Assembly (NCBI GenBank): GCA_963826065.1
Contig: CAWGVP010000002.1
Coordinates: 1,139,361-1,203,360 of the forward strand
Source of the DNA: an uncultured Gemmatimonadales bacterium
GTDB lineage: Bacteria; Gemmatimonadota; Gemmatimonadetes; Gemmatimonadales; GWC2-71-9
Length of the DNA: 64,000 bases
Direction: 5' to 3'
The position numbers and the translations under genes were made by a program. The notes under the pieces are model-generated. The model was not told the origin of the DNA, searched no databases, and saw only the letters and a list, made by a program, of their open reading frames with translations. Positions 1 to 9,926 of the stretch are shown here, piece after piece (within the stretch, counting starts at the first letter, position 1; the number at the start of each line of letters is the position of its first letter).

Positions 1-1838
1 ATGGCCCCGAGCCGCTCCCGGCGTCTGCCGGCGACGCTCCGCGTCGCCGGGTCCCACTCCACCACGCCCTCGGCGACCACGTCGCTCGCGAACCATTCCC
101 GGATCTCGCCCAGAGCGAGCGGGGCGGCAACCAGGATCCGGCTCTCCGGCCGCTTGCCATCCAACTCCGGGATCACGAGGTACTCCTCCCGCGAAAGCCC
201 CTGAGGCTCGAGGAACGCCCCGAGGCCGTTCCGGAGGAGGAATCGCCCAGCCGTGCCCGGCCGGCGTTGCGCGATCCGATCAGGGTAGGCGAACGCCAGC
301 AACACACCTGCGTCCACCTCGCCTGCGCCTGCTACCCGCCCACCTCCCCCGCCCCGGCGACACGCGGCCACCTCCGCCCTCGCCCGCCGCAACGCCTCGC
401 GGTCTACGTCCTGCCGCGTGACCGTCCCCCGCAGGAGATCGAGACGCGTCCGAATGTCCGCGTCGGCGCCACCCTCGCTTCGACGCAGGAGATCGCGCTC
501 CGTTAGCAATGCCGCCAGCTCACACGCCGCGTCCCTCGCGCCCAAATCGATGGCCCTCATGACCATGTGGGAGAGCCGCGGGTGGAGAGCGAGACGGCTC
601 ATCGCGGCACCGTGGCGGGTGAAGCTTCCCGATCCGTCGAGGGCGCCGAGCTGGACGAGCAGAGACCGTGCCTCGGAGAAGGCGGCCGCAGGTGGCGGGT
701 CGAGCCAGCGGAGCTCGCCAGGATCGCGCACGCCCGCGGCCGCCAGCTCGAGGGCCAGGGGCGCGAGATCGGCCTCGAGGATCTCCGGTGCGGAACGCTC
801 GGGCAGCGCCGCCTCTTCCTGGGAAGACCAGAGCCGATAGCAGACGCCGGGGGAAAGCCTTCCTGCGCGCCCGCGCCGCTGCTCGGCGGAGGCGCGGGAT
901 ACGCGCACCGTGGCTAGCCGGGTCATGCCGGTGCGCGGGGAGTAGCGGGGCACGCGCGAGAGGCCGGCGTCCACTACGACGCGGACGCCCTCGATGGTCA
1001 GGCTGGTCTCCGCGATCGAGGTGGCGAGCACGACCTTCCGGGCGCCCGGCCGGCTGGGGAGAATGGCACGATCCTGCTGGTCCGGGGCGAGGTTTCCGTG
1101 CAGCGGGATGACGTCCGCGGCGATGCCATGCAGCAGTCCCTCCACCCGGCGGATCTCCCCGGCTCCCGGGAGAAAGACCAGCACGTCGCCGTCCTTCTCC
1201 TCGAGAGCCTGGCGGACGGCCGCCGCCACCGCCGGCTCCAGCCGCGTCCCCGAACGGCGCGGGCGGTAGAGCACCTCGACCGGATGCGCCCTGCCCTCGC
1301 TCGTCACCACGGCGGCACCGCCCAGCAGCCCGGCGACGGGGCCGCCCTCGAGCGTGGCCGACATCACGAGTACACGGAGGTCCGCGCGCAGCACCGACCG
1401 GCTGTGAAGCGTGAGGGCGAGTCCCAGATCCGCGTGGACGCTCCGCTCGTGAAACTCGTCGAAGATGACGAGACCGAATTCCTCGAGCCCCGGATCGGTC
1501 TGGAGCATGCGAGTCAGGATGCCCTCGGTGACGACCACGATGCGGGTCCTGGATCCGACGACCGACTCGTGACGTACTCGGTATCCGACGGTGTCGCCGA
1601 CCCGCTGGCCCAGCATGACCGCCATCCGTCGGGCCGCGGCCCGGGCCGCCAGCCGTCGCGGCTCCAGCATCACGATGCGGCGGCCCTCGAGCCACGGTTC
1701 CTCCAGTAGCGCGAGGGGAACGCGCGTGGTCTTTCCCGCCCCCGGCGGGGCCTGGAGGACGGCACTGGTCCCGCTCCGGAGCGCGGCGCGCAACTCGGGC
1801 AGCACCTGTTCGATCGGAAGTGGGTCGATGTGATGCAT
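1..1838 (-). CDS. hrpB: ATP-dependent DEAH-box helicase HrpB, N-terminal ~612 aa; the 3' end runs off the left window edge
   Basis: Absent from the ORF track because it has no stop codon in the window. Manual minus-strand translation from ATG 1838 gives MHHIDPLPIEQVLPELRAALRSGTSAVLQAPPGAGKTTRVPLALLEE..IVMLEPRRLAARAAARRMA..VIFDEFHERS..VMSATL..FLPGAGEIRR..TSIAETSLTIEGV. This is the helicase motif I/II/III/VI series typical of HrpB. The frame stays open to position 1. Confidence 0.85.
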   Translation of the reverse strand, partial: MHHIDPLPIEQVLPELRAALRSGTSAVLQAPPGAGKTTRVPLALLEEPWLEGRRIVMLEPRRLAARAAARRMAVMLGQRVGDTVGYRVRHESVVGSRTRIVVVTEGILTRMLQTDPGLEEFGLVIFDEFHERSVHADLGLALTLHSRSVLRADLRVLVMSATLEGGPVAGLLGGAAVVTSEGRAHPVEVLYRPRRSGTRLEPAVAAAVRQALEEKDGDVLVFLPGAGEIRRVEGLLHGIAADVIPLHGNLAPDQQDRAILPSRPGARKVVLATSIAETSLTIEGVRVVVDAGLSRVPRYSPRTGMTRLATVRVSRASAEQRRGRAGRLSPGVCYRLWSSQEEAALPERSAPEILEADLAPLALELAAAGVRDPGELRWLDPPPAAAFSEARSLLVQLGALDGSGSFTRHGAAMSRLALHPRLSHMVMRAIDLGARDAACELAALLTERDLLRRSEGGADADIRTRLDLLRGTVTRQDVDREALRRARAEVAACRRGGGGGRVAGAGEVDAGVLLAFAYPDRIAQRRPGTAGRFLLRNGLGAFLEPQGLSREEYLVIPELDGKRPESRILVAAPLALGEIREWFASDVVAEGVVEWDPATRSVAGRRRERLGA

Positions 1839-2228
1839 GACCCAAAAGGATAGCTACTGGAACCGTGCCGTCTTTCAAGGCGTTTGCTCATGTGCGTGGC
1901 ACGCGGCCTGCAAAGGAGGTCGTGGGGCAAGGCAACGAGGAAGGTGACGACAGTGCTTACGTGCGATTACAACGGCTGGAACGACGCGCCCGAAGAGGAG
2001 CGTGAGTGGTTCGACGAGCATCCGGAGGATCTGAGCGGGTCAATCCGTGACAGTGAGATCCGTCCCCTCCGAGCGACACAGCGCATACATGTGAGGAGGT
2101 CTCGAGGCGGCCTGGCCGCCTAGGCCGGGTGATCCAGCCCACGTTCCCACCGCGTGTCCGGAGCTACACTGGCAGAGGCCCGGCGGCCATATGGCATGCC
2201 GGAAATTCTCCTCGCCGGGAGTAGCCCG

Positions 2229-3230
2229 ATGAAACTCAAACTGAAGCCATTGAGCGAGCAGATCATCGTCATCACCGGCGCCTCCAGCGGCATCGGACTC
2301 GCCACCGCGCGTCTCGCGGCGGAACGGGGCGCCCGGGTGGTGCTGATGTCACGCGATGACGAGGACCTTGCGGTTGCCGTCCGGGAGATCCAGGACCGCG
2401 GTGGCCGCGCGAGCCACTACGTGGCCGACGTAGCCGACGCCAGCGCCATGCGAGGGCTGGCCCAGCACGTCGTATCGGACCTCGGCCGGATCGACACCTG
2501 GATCAACAATGCGGGAGTCTCCGTCTACGGCCGGATCGAGGACGTGAGCCTGAAGGACGCGCGCCGCCTCTTCGACACCAATTACTGGGGCGTGGTGAAT
2601 GGCTCGCTCGCGGCCCTTCCCCACCTGCGAGCCGGGGGTGGAGCGCTGATCAACATCGGCAGTGTCCTCTCTGACACCGGCTACCCGCTCCAGGGCCACT
2701 ATGCGGCCAGCAAGCATGCGGTGAAGGGTTTTACCGACTCGCTTCGACTCGAGGTCGAGGAGAGCGGTGCCCCCGTTTCCATCACCCTGGTCCAGCCGGC
2801 GGCAATCGATACTCCGTACACCGGGCACGCGAAGAACTACCTCGGCGTCGAGCCGAAGCAGATGGCACCGGTCTATGCGCCCGAGGTGGTCGCGGACGCC
2901 ATCCTGCACTGCGCCGAGAACCCCGAGCGCGACCTGCTGGTGGGCGGAAGCGGCAAGGTTTTTTCCTCCGCCGAGAAGCTCGCCACCCGGGCCTTTGACC
3001 GCCTCAAGGAGGCGACCGGCTTCACCGGGCAGCAGACCGACATCCCCGCCCGAGGCAACGACACCCTGTATCAGCCACTTCCCGGCGATGTGCAGGTCCG
3101 GGGGAACTATCCCGGCCGCGTCCTGGAGTCGAGCGCCTACACCGCGGCCAGGCTCAATCGTGGCAAGACCCTCCTGGGTCTCGCGGTCATCGGCGCCGGC
3201 CTGGTTGCCGCCAACCGCGGACGGCACTGA
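2229..3230 (+). CDS. SDR family oxidoreductase with a C-terminal hydrophobic tail
   Basis: ORF 2154..3230 carries TGASSGIG, NNAG and YAASKHAV motifs. Start moved to ATG 2229 (MKLKLKPLSEQIIVITGASSGIG). Confidence 0.85.
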   Translation: MKLKLKPLSEQIIVITGASSGIGLATARLAAERGARVVLMSRDDEDLAVAVREIQDRGGRASHYVADVADASAMRGLAQHVVSDLGRIDTWINNAGVSVYGRIEDVSLKDARRLFDTNYWGVVNGSLAALPHLRAGGGALINIGSVLSDTGYPLQGHYAASKHAVKGFTDSLRLEVEESGAPVSITLVQPAAIDTPYTGHAKNYLGVEPKQMAPVYAPEVVADAILHCAENPERDLLVGGSGKVFSSAEKLATRAFDRLKEATGFTGQQTDIPARGNDTLYQPLPGDVQVRGNYPGRVLESSAYTAARLNRGKTLLGLAVIGAGLVAANRGRH

Positions 3231-3300
3231 CACCGATCCGCTCCCTGGCTGAGCAGAGTTCGCCAGGTATATTCCCGCCCGGTCCAAACCCAGATCCATA

Positions 3301-3323
3301 CCGCGCCCCCTGTCGGGGCGCGG
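3301..3323 (+). terminator. GC hairpin downstream of the SDR gene (9-bp stem CCGCGCCCC/GGGGCGCGG, 5-nt loop), no clear U-tract
   Basis: Read directly from the sequence. It lies 70 nt after the stop at 3230 and 24 nt before the next start. Confidence 0.3.
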
Positions 3324-3346
3324 CCCTTGCCCCGGAGGCTGTCCGT

Positions 3347-4195
3347 ATGACGTCGTGTGTCCGCCCGGTCCTCATGCTCACCCTGCTCGGCGCGCTGGCC
3401 GCCGCGCCCGCCTCGGCTCAGTTCAAGCCCAAGCTGCCCAAGATCGGGGGCGTCGGGGGAAAGTCACCGACTTTCAACGACCGCGTTGTCGAAATCACCG
3501 ACCAGCGTCTCGACGGCCTCCTCGCGGGATATCGCGCCGAGCTCGCGGCGCTCGATGACGCCGATAAGCAGCAGGGGTCGGTCCGAGCGGCCTACGAGGA
3601 GGAGAACCGGAAGCATCCGGCGCGGCTCAAGGAGTACGAAGCGAGGCACCAGGCCTGGGAGCAGTGCCAGGCGACCCACGTCAAGCCCGCGGAAGCGAAG
3701 GCGAAGAAGGAGCTCGATGCCGCCCAGGCCCAGGTGACCGGCGGCGACGAGAAGGACTTCGAGCGCCGGATGAACGCGGTGGCCGAGCGGATCAAGGCGG
3801 CCCAGGCCAACGGCGACATGGCGGAGGTCATGCGCCTCTCCGACTCGATCAGCCGGGCCGTGGGAGCGCCGAGCGCCGCGTCGGCGAACCAGGCGTCGAG
3901 CGACATGCAGGCGGCGGCGGCCAAGTGCGGGCCCGAGCCGATGCGCCCAGACCCCCCCACGCCACCCAACTACCCCGACCTGAAGCTCGACGAGGCGGGC
4001 GCGGCCGCGGCGAAGATGACGCCCGAGCAGTACGCCATCATGAAGGAGCGGGTACGGTACGCGGTCCGCGAGGGAGGCGAGGTGGCCGTGACGTCGTCGA
4101 TGTGGGCGTTCTCGGGTGACGAGATCGAGGCCATGGAGAAGCGCGGGCCCGAGCTGTTCGAGGCGGGCGAGGCGCTTCAGGAGCGGGGTCACTGA
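3347..4195 (+). CDS. Secreted hypothetical protein (signal peptide, Ala/Glu/Lys-rich helical region)
   Basis: N-terminus MTSCVRPVLMLTLLGALAAAPASAQ looks like a Sec signal. GGAGG sits 9 nt upstream of the ATG. I recognise no family. Confidence 0.65.
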   Translation: MTSCVRPVLMLTLLGALAAAPASAQFKPKLPKIGGVGGKSPTFNDRVVEITDQRLDGLLAGYRAELAALDDADKQQGSVRAAYEEENRKHPARLKEYEARHQAWEQCQATHVKPAEAKAKKELDAAQAQVTGGDEKDFERRMNAVAERIKAAQANGDMAEVMRLSDSISRAVGAPSAASANQASSDMQAAAAKCGPEPMRPDPPTPPNYPDLKLDEAGAAAAKMTPEQYAIMKERVRYAVREGGEVAVTSSMWAFSGDEIEAMEKRGPELFEAGEALQERGH

Positions 4196-4206
4196 CCGGC
4201 GGGTCC

Positions 4207-5148
4207 GTGTTCCGAGCGGCCCTGCTGTACTGCGCCGCCCTCGGCCCGCTGATAGGGGTCGGGGGCGCGCTGCATTCGGCGCCCGCCGTGCTGTCGGTAC
4301 GGGGACCGGAGGGATGGCGTGAGTGGTGGCGTGCCGATCGCGCGCCGGTGAGGTGGGACGGGCCGTTGCCCGCCCTGGCCGGTGCGGTGGAGTGGCGGAA
4401 CATCGCCCCGGGGGTGCGCTGGGGCGAGCTGCAGCTTTCCGGTGAGGGAGAAGCGTGGCGGGTTCGAGCAGTTCTGGTGGAGCTGGAGCCGAGCAAGGTC
4501 CGGATGGAAACGCGCATGCTCCAGCGCCGGGACGGTGGCCCGCTGCGCTGGACCGTGGACTCGGCTCCGCCGGAGGCGCTCGTGGCGCTCAACGCGGGAC
4601 AGTTCACCTCCTCGGGGCCGTGGGGCTGGCTGGTGAGGGCCGGCGAGGAGACGCGACCGCCCGGCAGCGGTCCACTCGCACCCGCGCTCGTGGTGGACAC
4701 CGCGGGAATCGCGCGCCTGGTGCCGCCCGACAGTATTCCGGCGTGGAGGAGAGATCGAGCGGTTCGCGAGGCGTTTCAATCGTACCCCACGCTGCTCGCG
4801 GGGGACGGTGAGATTCCCCGGCCGCTGCGCGAGCCAGGGCTCGGGGTGGACCTCGACCACCGCGATGCTCGATTGGCCCTCGGGCTCGACCGGGGAGACC
4901 GCCTGCTGATCGCGATCACCCGGTTCGAGGGACTCGGCGGAGCGCTGTCCAACCTGCCATTCGGCCTCACCACGCCGGAGATGGCCGCGTTGATGGGCGC
5001 GCTCGGCTGCCGCCGCGCGATGCTGCTCGATGGCGGAATCTCCAGCCAGCTTCGTCTCCGACTGCCCGACGGCGAGACCCGGGTCTGGCGCGGGATCAGG
5101 CGGGTGCCGCTGGGCCTGGTCGTCCTCCCGGTGGGGACCGAAGGTTAG
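4207..5148 (+). CDS. Phosphodiester glycosidase (NAGPA/DUF2233) family protein
   Basis: ALNAGQF..GPWGWLVRAG and the C-terminal GLTTPEMAALMGALGCRRAMLLDGGISSQL match the family's LDGGGSS-type signature. GTG start lies 11 nt after the previous stop. Confidence 0.75.
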   Translation: MFRAALLYCAALGPLIGVGGALHSAPAVLSVRGPEGWREWWRADRAPVRWDGPLPALAGAVEWRNIAPGVRWGELQLSGEGEAWRVRAVLVELEPSKVRMETRMLQRRDGGPLRWTVDSAPPEALVALNAGQFTSSGPWGWLVRAGEETRPPGSGPLAPALVVDTAGIARLVPPDSIPAWRRDRAVREAFQSYPTLLAGDGEIPRPLREPGLGVDLDHRDARLALGLDRGDRLLIAITRFEGLGGALSNLPFGLTTPEMAALMGALGCRRAMLLDGGISSQLRLRLPDGETRVWRGIRRVPLGLVVLPVGTEG

Positions 5149-5164
5149 TTTTCTTCGACAACCC

Positions 5165-7840
5165 ATGAACGCGCGGAACCAGGATCTCGCCAGCGGCCTG
5201 AGCGGCCGCTACGCCGTCGAGCGGGAGCTCGGGCATGGCGGGATGGCGACCGTCTGGCTCGCGCGGGACCTGCGCTACGACCGCCTGGTCGCGCTCAAGG
5301 TGCTGCGACCGGAGCTGGCCAGCACGCTCGGCCCCGAACGATTCCTCCGCGAGATCATGCTCGCCGCCCGCCTGCAGCACCCCCACATCGTCCCGGTCTA
5401 CGACTCGGGGGAGATCCAGACGGCTCGCGACGAAGATCCGATCCTCTGGTTCACCATGCCGTACATCGAGGGGGAGTCCCTGCGCGACCGGCTCCAGCGG
5501 AAACGGCCGCTGGATCGGGAGGAGGCGCTGCGGATCGCGCGCGAGGCCGCACGCGGGCTGCACTACGCGCACGAGCACGGCGTGATCCACCGCGACGTGA
5601 AACCGGAGAACATCCTGCTGACCCGGGATGGCAGCACGCTGGTGGCCGACTTCGGCATCGCCCGGCCGGCCGTGGGAGGCTCCGCGGCCAATTTGACCGG
5701 CACCGGGATCGTGGTGGGGACGCCGGCATACATGAGCCCGGAGCAGGCCACCGGCCTTTCCGATCTCGACGCCCGGACCGATGTGTACTCGCTGGGGTGC
5801 GTGCTCTACGAGATGCTGACCGGCGAACCGCCGTTCCACGGCGCGACGGCGCACGTCGTCGTCGTGAAGCATCTCACCGAGCCGCCGCCGCTGGTGAGCG
5901 GGTCCGGCGCAGCGATCCCGCCGGCGATCCGGGCGGTGCTGTCGCGCGCCCTCGCCAAGTCGCCATCGGATCGGCAGACGAGCATGGCCGAGCTCGCGGA
6001 CGCCCTCGGCGGATCCGAGAGGGTGGCCCCGCCGGCGAGGTTACCCCGCGTGGCTTGGGTGGCCGCCGGCGTCGCGGTCGTCGCGGCGCTGGCGGGGTTC
6101 CTCGCACTCCGGGGAGGGCGCTTCGATCCTACGGCGCGCGCCGCGACCGCCGGATCGACGGGGGGAACGGTCGCATCGGGATTCCCGCGGAAGCTCGCGC
6201 AGCTCAGCTTCGGGGAAGGGGTGGAGGAATGGCCGGCGTGGTCGCCCGACGGGAAGCTGCTGGCCTACGCCGCGGAAGTGGGTGGATTCCGTCAGATCCT
6301 GGTGCGGCCGATGGCGGGCGGGGCCGAGCGGCAGCTCACGGAGGCGCGGCGCGACCACATCCAGCCGGCCTGGTCTCCGGACGGAAGCCGGATCGCGTTC
6401 GTGCGGGGGGCGACCGCGACCGGCAAGCTGGAGCCATCCGAAGTGGACGGGTACTACTTCGAGGGCGCGGAGCTGTGGACCCGGGAGCTCGAGTCCGGAC
6501 GGGAAACGAAGCTCCTGGACAACGGGTTCAATCCCTCGTTCTCGCCGGACGGCCGGCGCCTCGCCTTCGACGCGCTGCTCGCGGGCGGGCAGCGGGTCTG
6601 GGTCTCGGATCCCCGGGGACGCAACCCGCGGCAGGTGACGTCCGACTCGAGCGAGGCCGTGGTACACACCCAGCCCCGCTGGTCGCCGGATGGGTCACGG
6701 CTGGTCTTTCGCCGGATCGAGAAGACCAAGTCCGACATCGCCATCGCCGATTTCGCCACCCAAAGGGTCACACCGGTGACCGACGACTACGTCTTCGACA
6801 CCGACCCGACGTGGTCCCCGGACGGCCGGGCGATCTACTTCTCCTCCTACCGGGGAGGCGGCCTCAACCTGTGGCGCGTGCCGGTCGAGGCGTCAGGCGC
6901 TCCGGCCGGCCCGGCGGTGCAGCTCACCACGGGCGCCGGCGAGGACGTCCAGGCCAGCCTCGCCCCGGATGGCCGCCATCTGGTGTTCGCGGTGCAAGGC
7001 ATCAACTCGGACCTCTGGCGGTTGCCGGTCTCACCGGAGAGCGGGCGCAGCGCCGGCCCGGCGGAGCCGGTGCTCGCGACCACCCGGGTGGAGAGCCGCG
7101 GCACGTGGTCGCCCGACGGCCGACGGATCGCGTTCAACTCGGATCGCGCCGGGGAGATGAACATCTGGCTGGGCGACTCCGCCGGCGTCGCCCGACAGAT
7201 CACCTCCGGCCCGGGCGGCGACTACCAACCGGCGTGGTCGCCGGACGGGAGCGCATTGGTGTTCTTCTCCGCGCGGGGCGGCAATACCGACATCTGGCGA
7301 GTCGGGCTCGGGGACAGCGCGCTCGCCAGGCTCACCGACGACCCGGCGCTCGACACCAATCCGTTCTACTCGCCGGACGGGGAGCACATCGCGTTCGTCT
7401 CCGACCGAACCGGCCGCTCCGAGGTCTGGGTGATGAACGCAGACGGCTCGAACCAGCGACAGCTGGCGTCGGTGGGATGCTGGGGACACTTCCTGCTGTG
7501 GAGCGGCGACAGCCGGGCCGTGGTGTTCCGCGGCGAGCGCGACCGGCAGATGCAGATCTTTCGGGTGGATATCGCGAGCGGCGAGCTGGACACGCTGCCT
7601 CCGGTCATGAGCGGAGGGCACATGTCGTTCTCGCCCAGCCGGTCACTGGTCATGGACGTGCGCGGCCACAAGGTGCTCTGGGCGCACCCGGTGAACGGAA
7701 GGGCGCCCTATCCAGTCCATCAATTCGCCGATCCGGACGTACGGATCGACTACCCGGTGTGGTCGCCCGACGGCCGCTGGATTCTGTTCGACCGGGCGGA
7801 GCCGAGGGGCGGCGATCTGTGGACCCTGGAGAGCTTCTAG
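5165..7840 (+). CDS. Ser/Thr protein kinase with one TM segment and a TolB-like (PD40/WD40-like) beta-propeller ectodomain
   Basis: Kinase motifs GHGGMATVWLARD, VALKVL, HRDVKPENILL, DFGIA and YMSPEQ. TM segment VAWVAAGVAVVAALAGFLAL. Then more than 10 repeats of the W/FSPDG type. Start moved to ATG 5165 (MNARNQDL). Confidence 0.9.
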   Translation: MNARNQDLASGLSGRYAVERELGHGGMATVWLARDLRYDRLVALKVLRPELASTLGPERFLREIMLAARLQHPHIVPVYDSGEIQTARDEDPILWFTMPYIEGESLRDRLQRKRPLDREEALRIAREAARGLHYAHEHGVIHRDVKPENILLTRDGSTLVADFGIARPAVGGSAANLTGTGIVVGTPAYMSPEQATGLSDLDARTDVYSLGCVLYEMLTGEPPFHGATAHVVVVKHLTEPPPLVSGSGAAIPPAIRAVLSRALAKSPSDRQTSMAELADALGGSERVAPPARLPRVAWVAAGVAVVAALAGFLALRGGRFDPTARAATAGSTGGTVASGFPRKLAQLSFGEGVEEWPAWSPDGKLLAYAAEVGGFRQILVRPMAGGAERQLTEARRDHIQPAWSPDGSRIAFVRGATATGKLEPSEVDGYYFEGAELWTRELESGRETKLLDNGFNPSFSPDGRRLAFDALLAGGQRVWVSDPRGRNPRQVTSDSSEAVVHTQPRWSPDGSRLVFRRIEKTKSDIAIADFATQRVTPVTDDYVFDTDPTWSPDGRAIYFSSYRGGGLNLWRVPVEASGAPAGPAVQLTTGAGEDVQASLAPDGRHLVFAVQGINSDLWRLPVSPESGRSAGPAEPVLATTRVESRGTWSPDGRRIAFNSDRAGEMNIWLGDSAGVARQITSGPGGDYQPAWSPDGSALVFFSARGGNTDIWRVGLGDSALARLTDDPALDTNPFYSPDGEHIAFVSDRTGRSEVWVMNADGSNQRQLASVGCWGHFLLWSGDSRAVVFRGERDRQMQIFRVDIASGELDTLPPVMSGGHMSFSPSRSLVMDVRGHKVLWAHPVNGRAPYPVHQFADPDVRIDYPVWSPDGRWILFDRAEPRGGDLWTLESF

Positions 7841-7878
7841 GCGAGTCACGGGCGCGGGGGCTGCGCGGGCCCTGTCTT

Positions 7879-8029
7879 CCTGATCGGCGGGGAGCGGCGG
7901 GGGGAGCGGGTCCGGGGCCGCGTTAGAACGCGCAGGCGAGGAGACCGGGCGCAGTTTGCCCGGGCTCCGACCCGGAGCGTTCGGTAGCGGCCTCGGACCC
8001 GCTCCCCCCGCCGCTCCCCGCCGATCAGG
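7879..8029. repeat. Perfect 36-bp inverted repeat (7879..7914 and 7994..8029) flanking a 79-nt spacer that carries its own small hairpin (CCGGGC 7945..7950 / GCCCGG 7958..7963)
   Basis: Left arm is CCTGATCGGCGGGGAGCGGCGGGGGGAGCGGGTCCG. The right arm is its exact reverse complement. It sits between the convergent kinase stop (7840) and ftsH stop (8025). Confidence 0.9.
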
Positions 8030-9926
8030 TGGCCGCCGGACCCCGCCCCCGGATCACGCCCGGCCGCCGCGCGCCGCGAAGCCGGTCGTCGACCGACCGG
8101 CGGCGGAGCGCGTCCTCCATGCTGACGCCATGGGTCCGAAGGATCGAGAGCGCCTCGTTTCCTTCCAGCGTCTCCTGCTCGAGCAGCGCCTCGGCCAATG
8201 CCTCGAGCGCGTTCCGGTGCAGCTCGATCGCCTCGCGAACCCGGGTGTAGAGCAGCTCCACGATCAGGCGGACGTCGCGGTCCATCGCCGCGTGCAGCTC
8301 GGCACTCACCGCCCCACCGCTTTCCCGCTCGTCGAAGGCGACCAGTCCCGTGGTGGGCCCCATGCCCAGCTTGTACACCATCTCCCGCGCCACCCGGGTG
8401 GTGTGCTGCAGGTCCGCCTTCGCGCCGCTGGTCACGGCGTCGTGGCCGAAGACGATCTCCTCCGCCGCGCGGCCACCCAGTCCCTTGCAGATCTGCCCCT
8501 CCAGATACCGCCGGGTGTGCAGCACCAGCTCGCCGGGCGAGAAATGGGCGACCCCCATCGCCTGCCCCCGCGGCTGGATGGTCACCTTGTGCAGACCGTC
8601 TTCGGCGTGGAACAGGATGCCGGCGAGCGCGTGTCCCGCCTCGTGCACCGCTACCGCGCGCCATTCGTCGTCGGTGGCGCGGAACCCGGTGCGCTCCTTC
8701 CCCAGCAGCAGGCGGTCGCGCGCCTGCTCGAAGTGGCGCCAGGCCACCACGCTCACTCGCTCCCGCGCCGCCGCGATGGCCGCCTCGTTCACCAGGTTGG
8801 CCAGGTCCGCGCCACTGTTCTGCGGCATCAGCCGCGCGAGCCGGGCGAGATCGACCTCGGGATCCAGCGGTACGCCTCGCTGCCGTACGTGCAGGCGCAG
8901 GATCGCCTCGCGCTCGGACGCCGTGGGAAGACCGACCGCGATGGCGCGATCGAACCGGCCGGGCCGGAGGAGTGCCGGATCGAGATCCTCCTGCCGGTTG
9001 GTGGCACCGATCACCAGCACGTGCTGACGGGGGGAGAAGCCATCCATCTCGACCAGCAGCTGGTTGAGGGTACGGTCGTCCTCGTTGTGGCTCTGATTCC
9101 GGCCCCGGCGCCCGCCGATGGCGTCGAGCTCGTCGATGAAGATCACGCCGCCTCGCTTGCGCGCCTGACGGAACAGCTTCTTGATCCTGGCCACGCCGAG
9201 ACCGATGAGGAACCCGGTGACTTCGCTGCCGCTGATGACGAAGAACGGCACGCCGGCCTCGCCGGCGACCGCCCGCGCCATCAGCGTCTTCCCGGTTCCC
9301 GGCGGGCCGAACATCAGGACGCCCTTCGGCGTCCGCGCCCCGACCGCCTGGAACGCATCGGGATCCTTCAGGAACTCGACCAGCTCGCGCAGCTCAGCGA
9401 CGCTGCCCTCGTGCCCGCCGACGTCGGCGAACGTCGTACGGCTGCGCCGGGCGGCCCCGATGCCGCCCATCTCCGATCCGCCGACCTGGCGCCGGAGCAC
9501 GAACCCGATCACCAGCAGCGCCGCCGCCACCAGGGCCGCCTCCCGCCAGAACTCGGCGTTGAACCCGCTTTGGCGCTGGAGGGTGACCGGCGTCCCGGCC
9601 CGCTCCGCACGGTCCAGAACCGGAGTCACTTCGAAGGTCGGATAGTCCACCCGAAAGCCGCCGCCGGCCGCCCCGCCGGCCACGGCCCGAGACCAGACAC
9701 CTCGAAGCTCGGACCCCGGGATGACGGTGATCGAGCGGACGGCTCCCTCATCCAGCCGGGTGAGAAAGGTGGAGTAGGTGATGAGCGAGGGTGTGACGGG
9801 CTGCGCCCGCCACCAGCGGAGGGCGAGCGCGGCGGCGGCGATCACGGTGACAACGGCGAGCGGCCCGATCCAGGCGGCCGGCGTGGTGCGCCAGCGCGAA
9901 AGCCGGCGGCGGACGTCTTTGATCAT
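8025..9926 (-). CDS. ftsH: ATP-dependent zinc metalloprotease FtsH (divergent paralog)
   Basis: [23 protein letters not shown] (Walker A), VIFIDELDA (Walker B), [15 protein letters not shown] and zinc motif HEAGHAL, plus two N-terminal TM segments. The ATG overlaps the upstream stop as ATGA (9923..9926). Confidence 0.93.
   Translation of the reverse strand: MIKDVRRRLSRWRTTPAAWIGPLAVVTVIAAAALALRWWRAQPVTPSLITYSTFLTRLDEGAVRSITVIPGSELRGVWSRAVAGGAAGGGFRVDYPTFEVTPVLDRAERAGTPVTLQRQSGFNAEFWREAALVAAALLVIGFVLRRQVGGSEMGGIGAARRSRTTFADVGGHEGSVAELRELVEFLKDPDAFQAVGARTPKGVLMFGPPGTGKTLMARAVAGEAGVPFFVISGSEVTGFLIGLGVARIKKLFRQARKRGGVIFIDELDAIGGRRGRNQSHNEDDRTLNQLLVEMDGFSPRQHVLVIGATNRQEDLDPALLRPGRFDRAIAVGLPTASEREAILRLHVRQRGVPLDPEVDLARLARLMPQNSGADLANLVNEAAIAAARERVSVVAWRHFEQARDRLLLGKERTGFRATDDEWRAVAVHEAGHALAGILFHAEDGLHKVTIQPRGQAMGVAHFSPGELVLHTRRYLEGQICKGLGGRAAEEIVFGHDAVTSGAKADLQHTTRVAREMVYKLGMGPTTGLVAFDERESGGAVSAELHAAMDRDVRLIVELLYTRVREAIELHRNALEALAEALLEQETLEGNEALSILRTHGVSMEDALRRRSVDDRLRGARRPGVIRGRGPAAT

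Noticed and set aside
520-1878. 452-aa minus-strand ORF in the track (Arg/Gly/Pro/Ala-rich)
   Set aside because: It is out of frame with, and completely inside, the hrpB coding region. Its composition is the typical high-GC alternative-frame artefact and it has no motifs. The hrpB frame, which the track lacks because it has no in-window stop, carries the full helicase motif set.
1884-2123. 79-codon plus-strand ORF in the hrpB/SDR divergent region (..VLTCDYNGWNDAPEEEREWFDEHPEDLSG..), with an AGGAAGG 8 nt before an internal GTG and a palindrome AGGCGGCC-T-GGCCGCCT (2105..2121) over its stop
   Set aside because: The third-position GC is noticeably lower than in neighbouring genes. I recognise no family and the start is ambiguous. 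I keep it as a weak small-protein candidate only and not as a feature. tblastn conservation or Ribo-seq would decide.
6520-6545. GGGTTCAATCCC, a tRNA T-arm-like string
   Set aside because: It lies inside the kinase coding region. It has no acceptor or anticodon arms around it. No tRNA could be folded here or in any intergenic region of the window.
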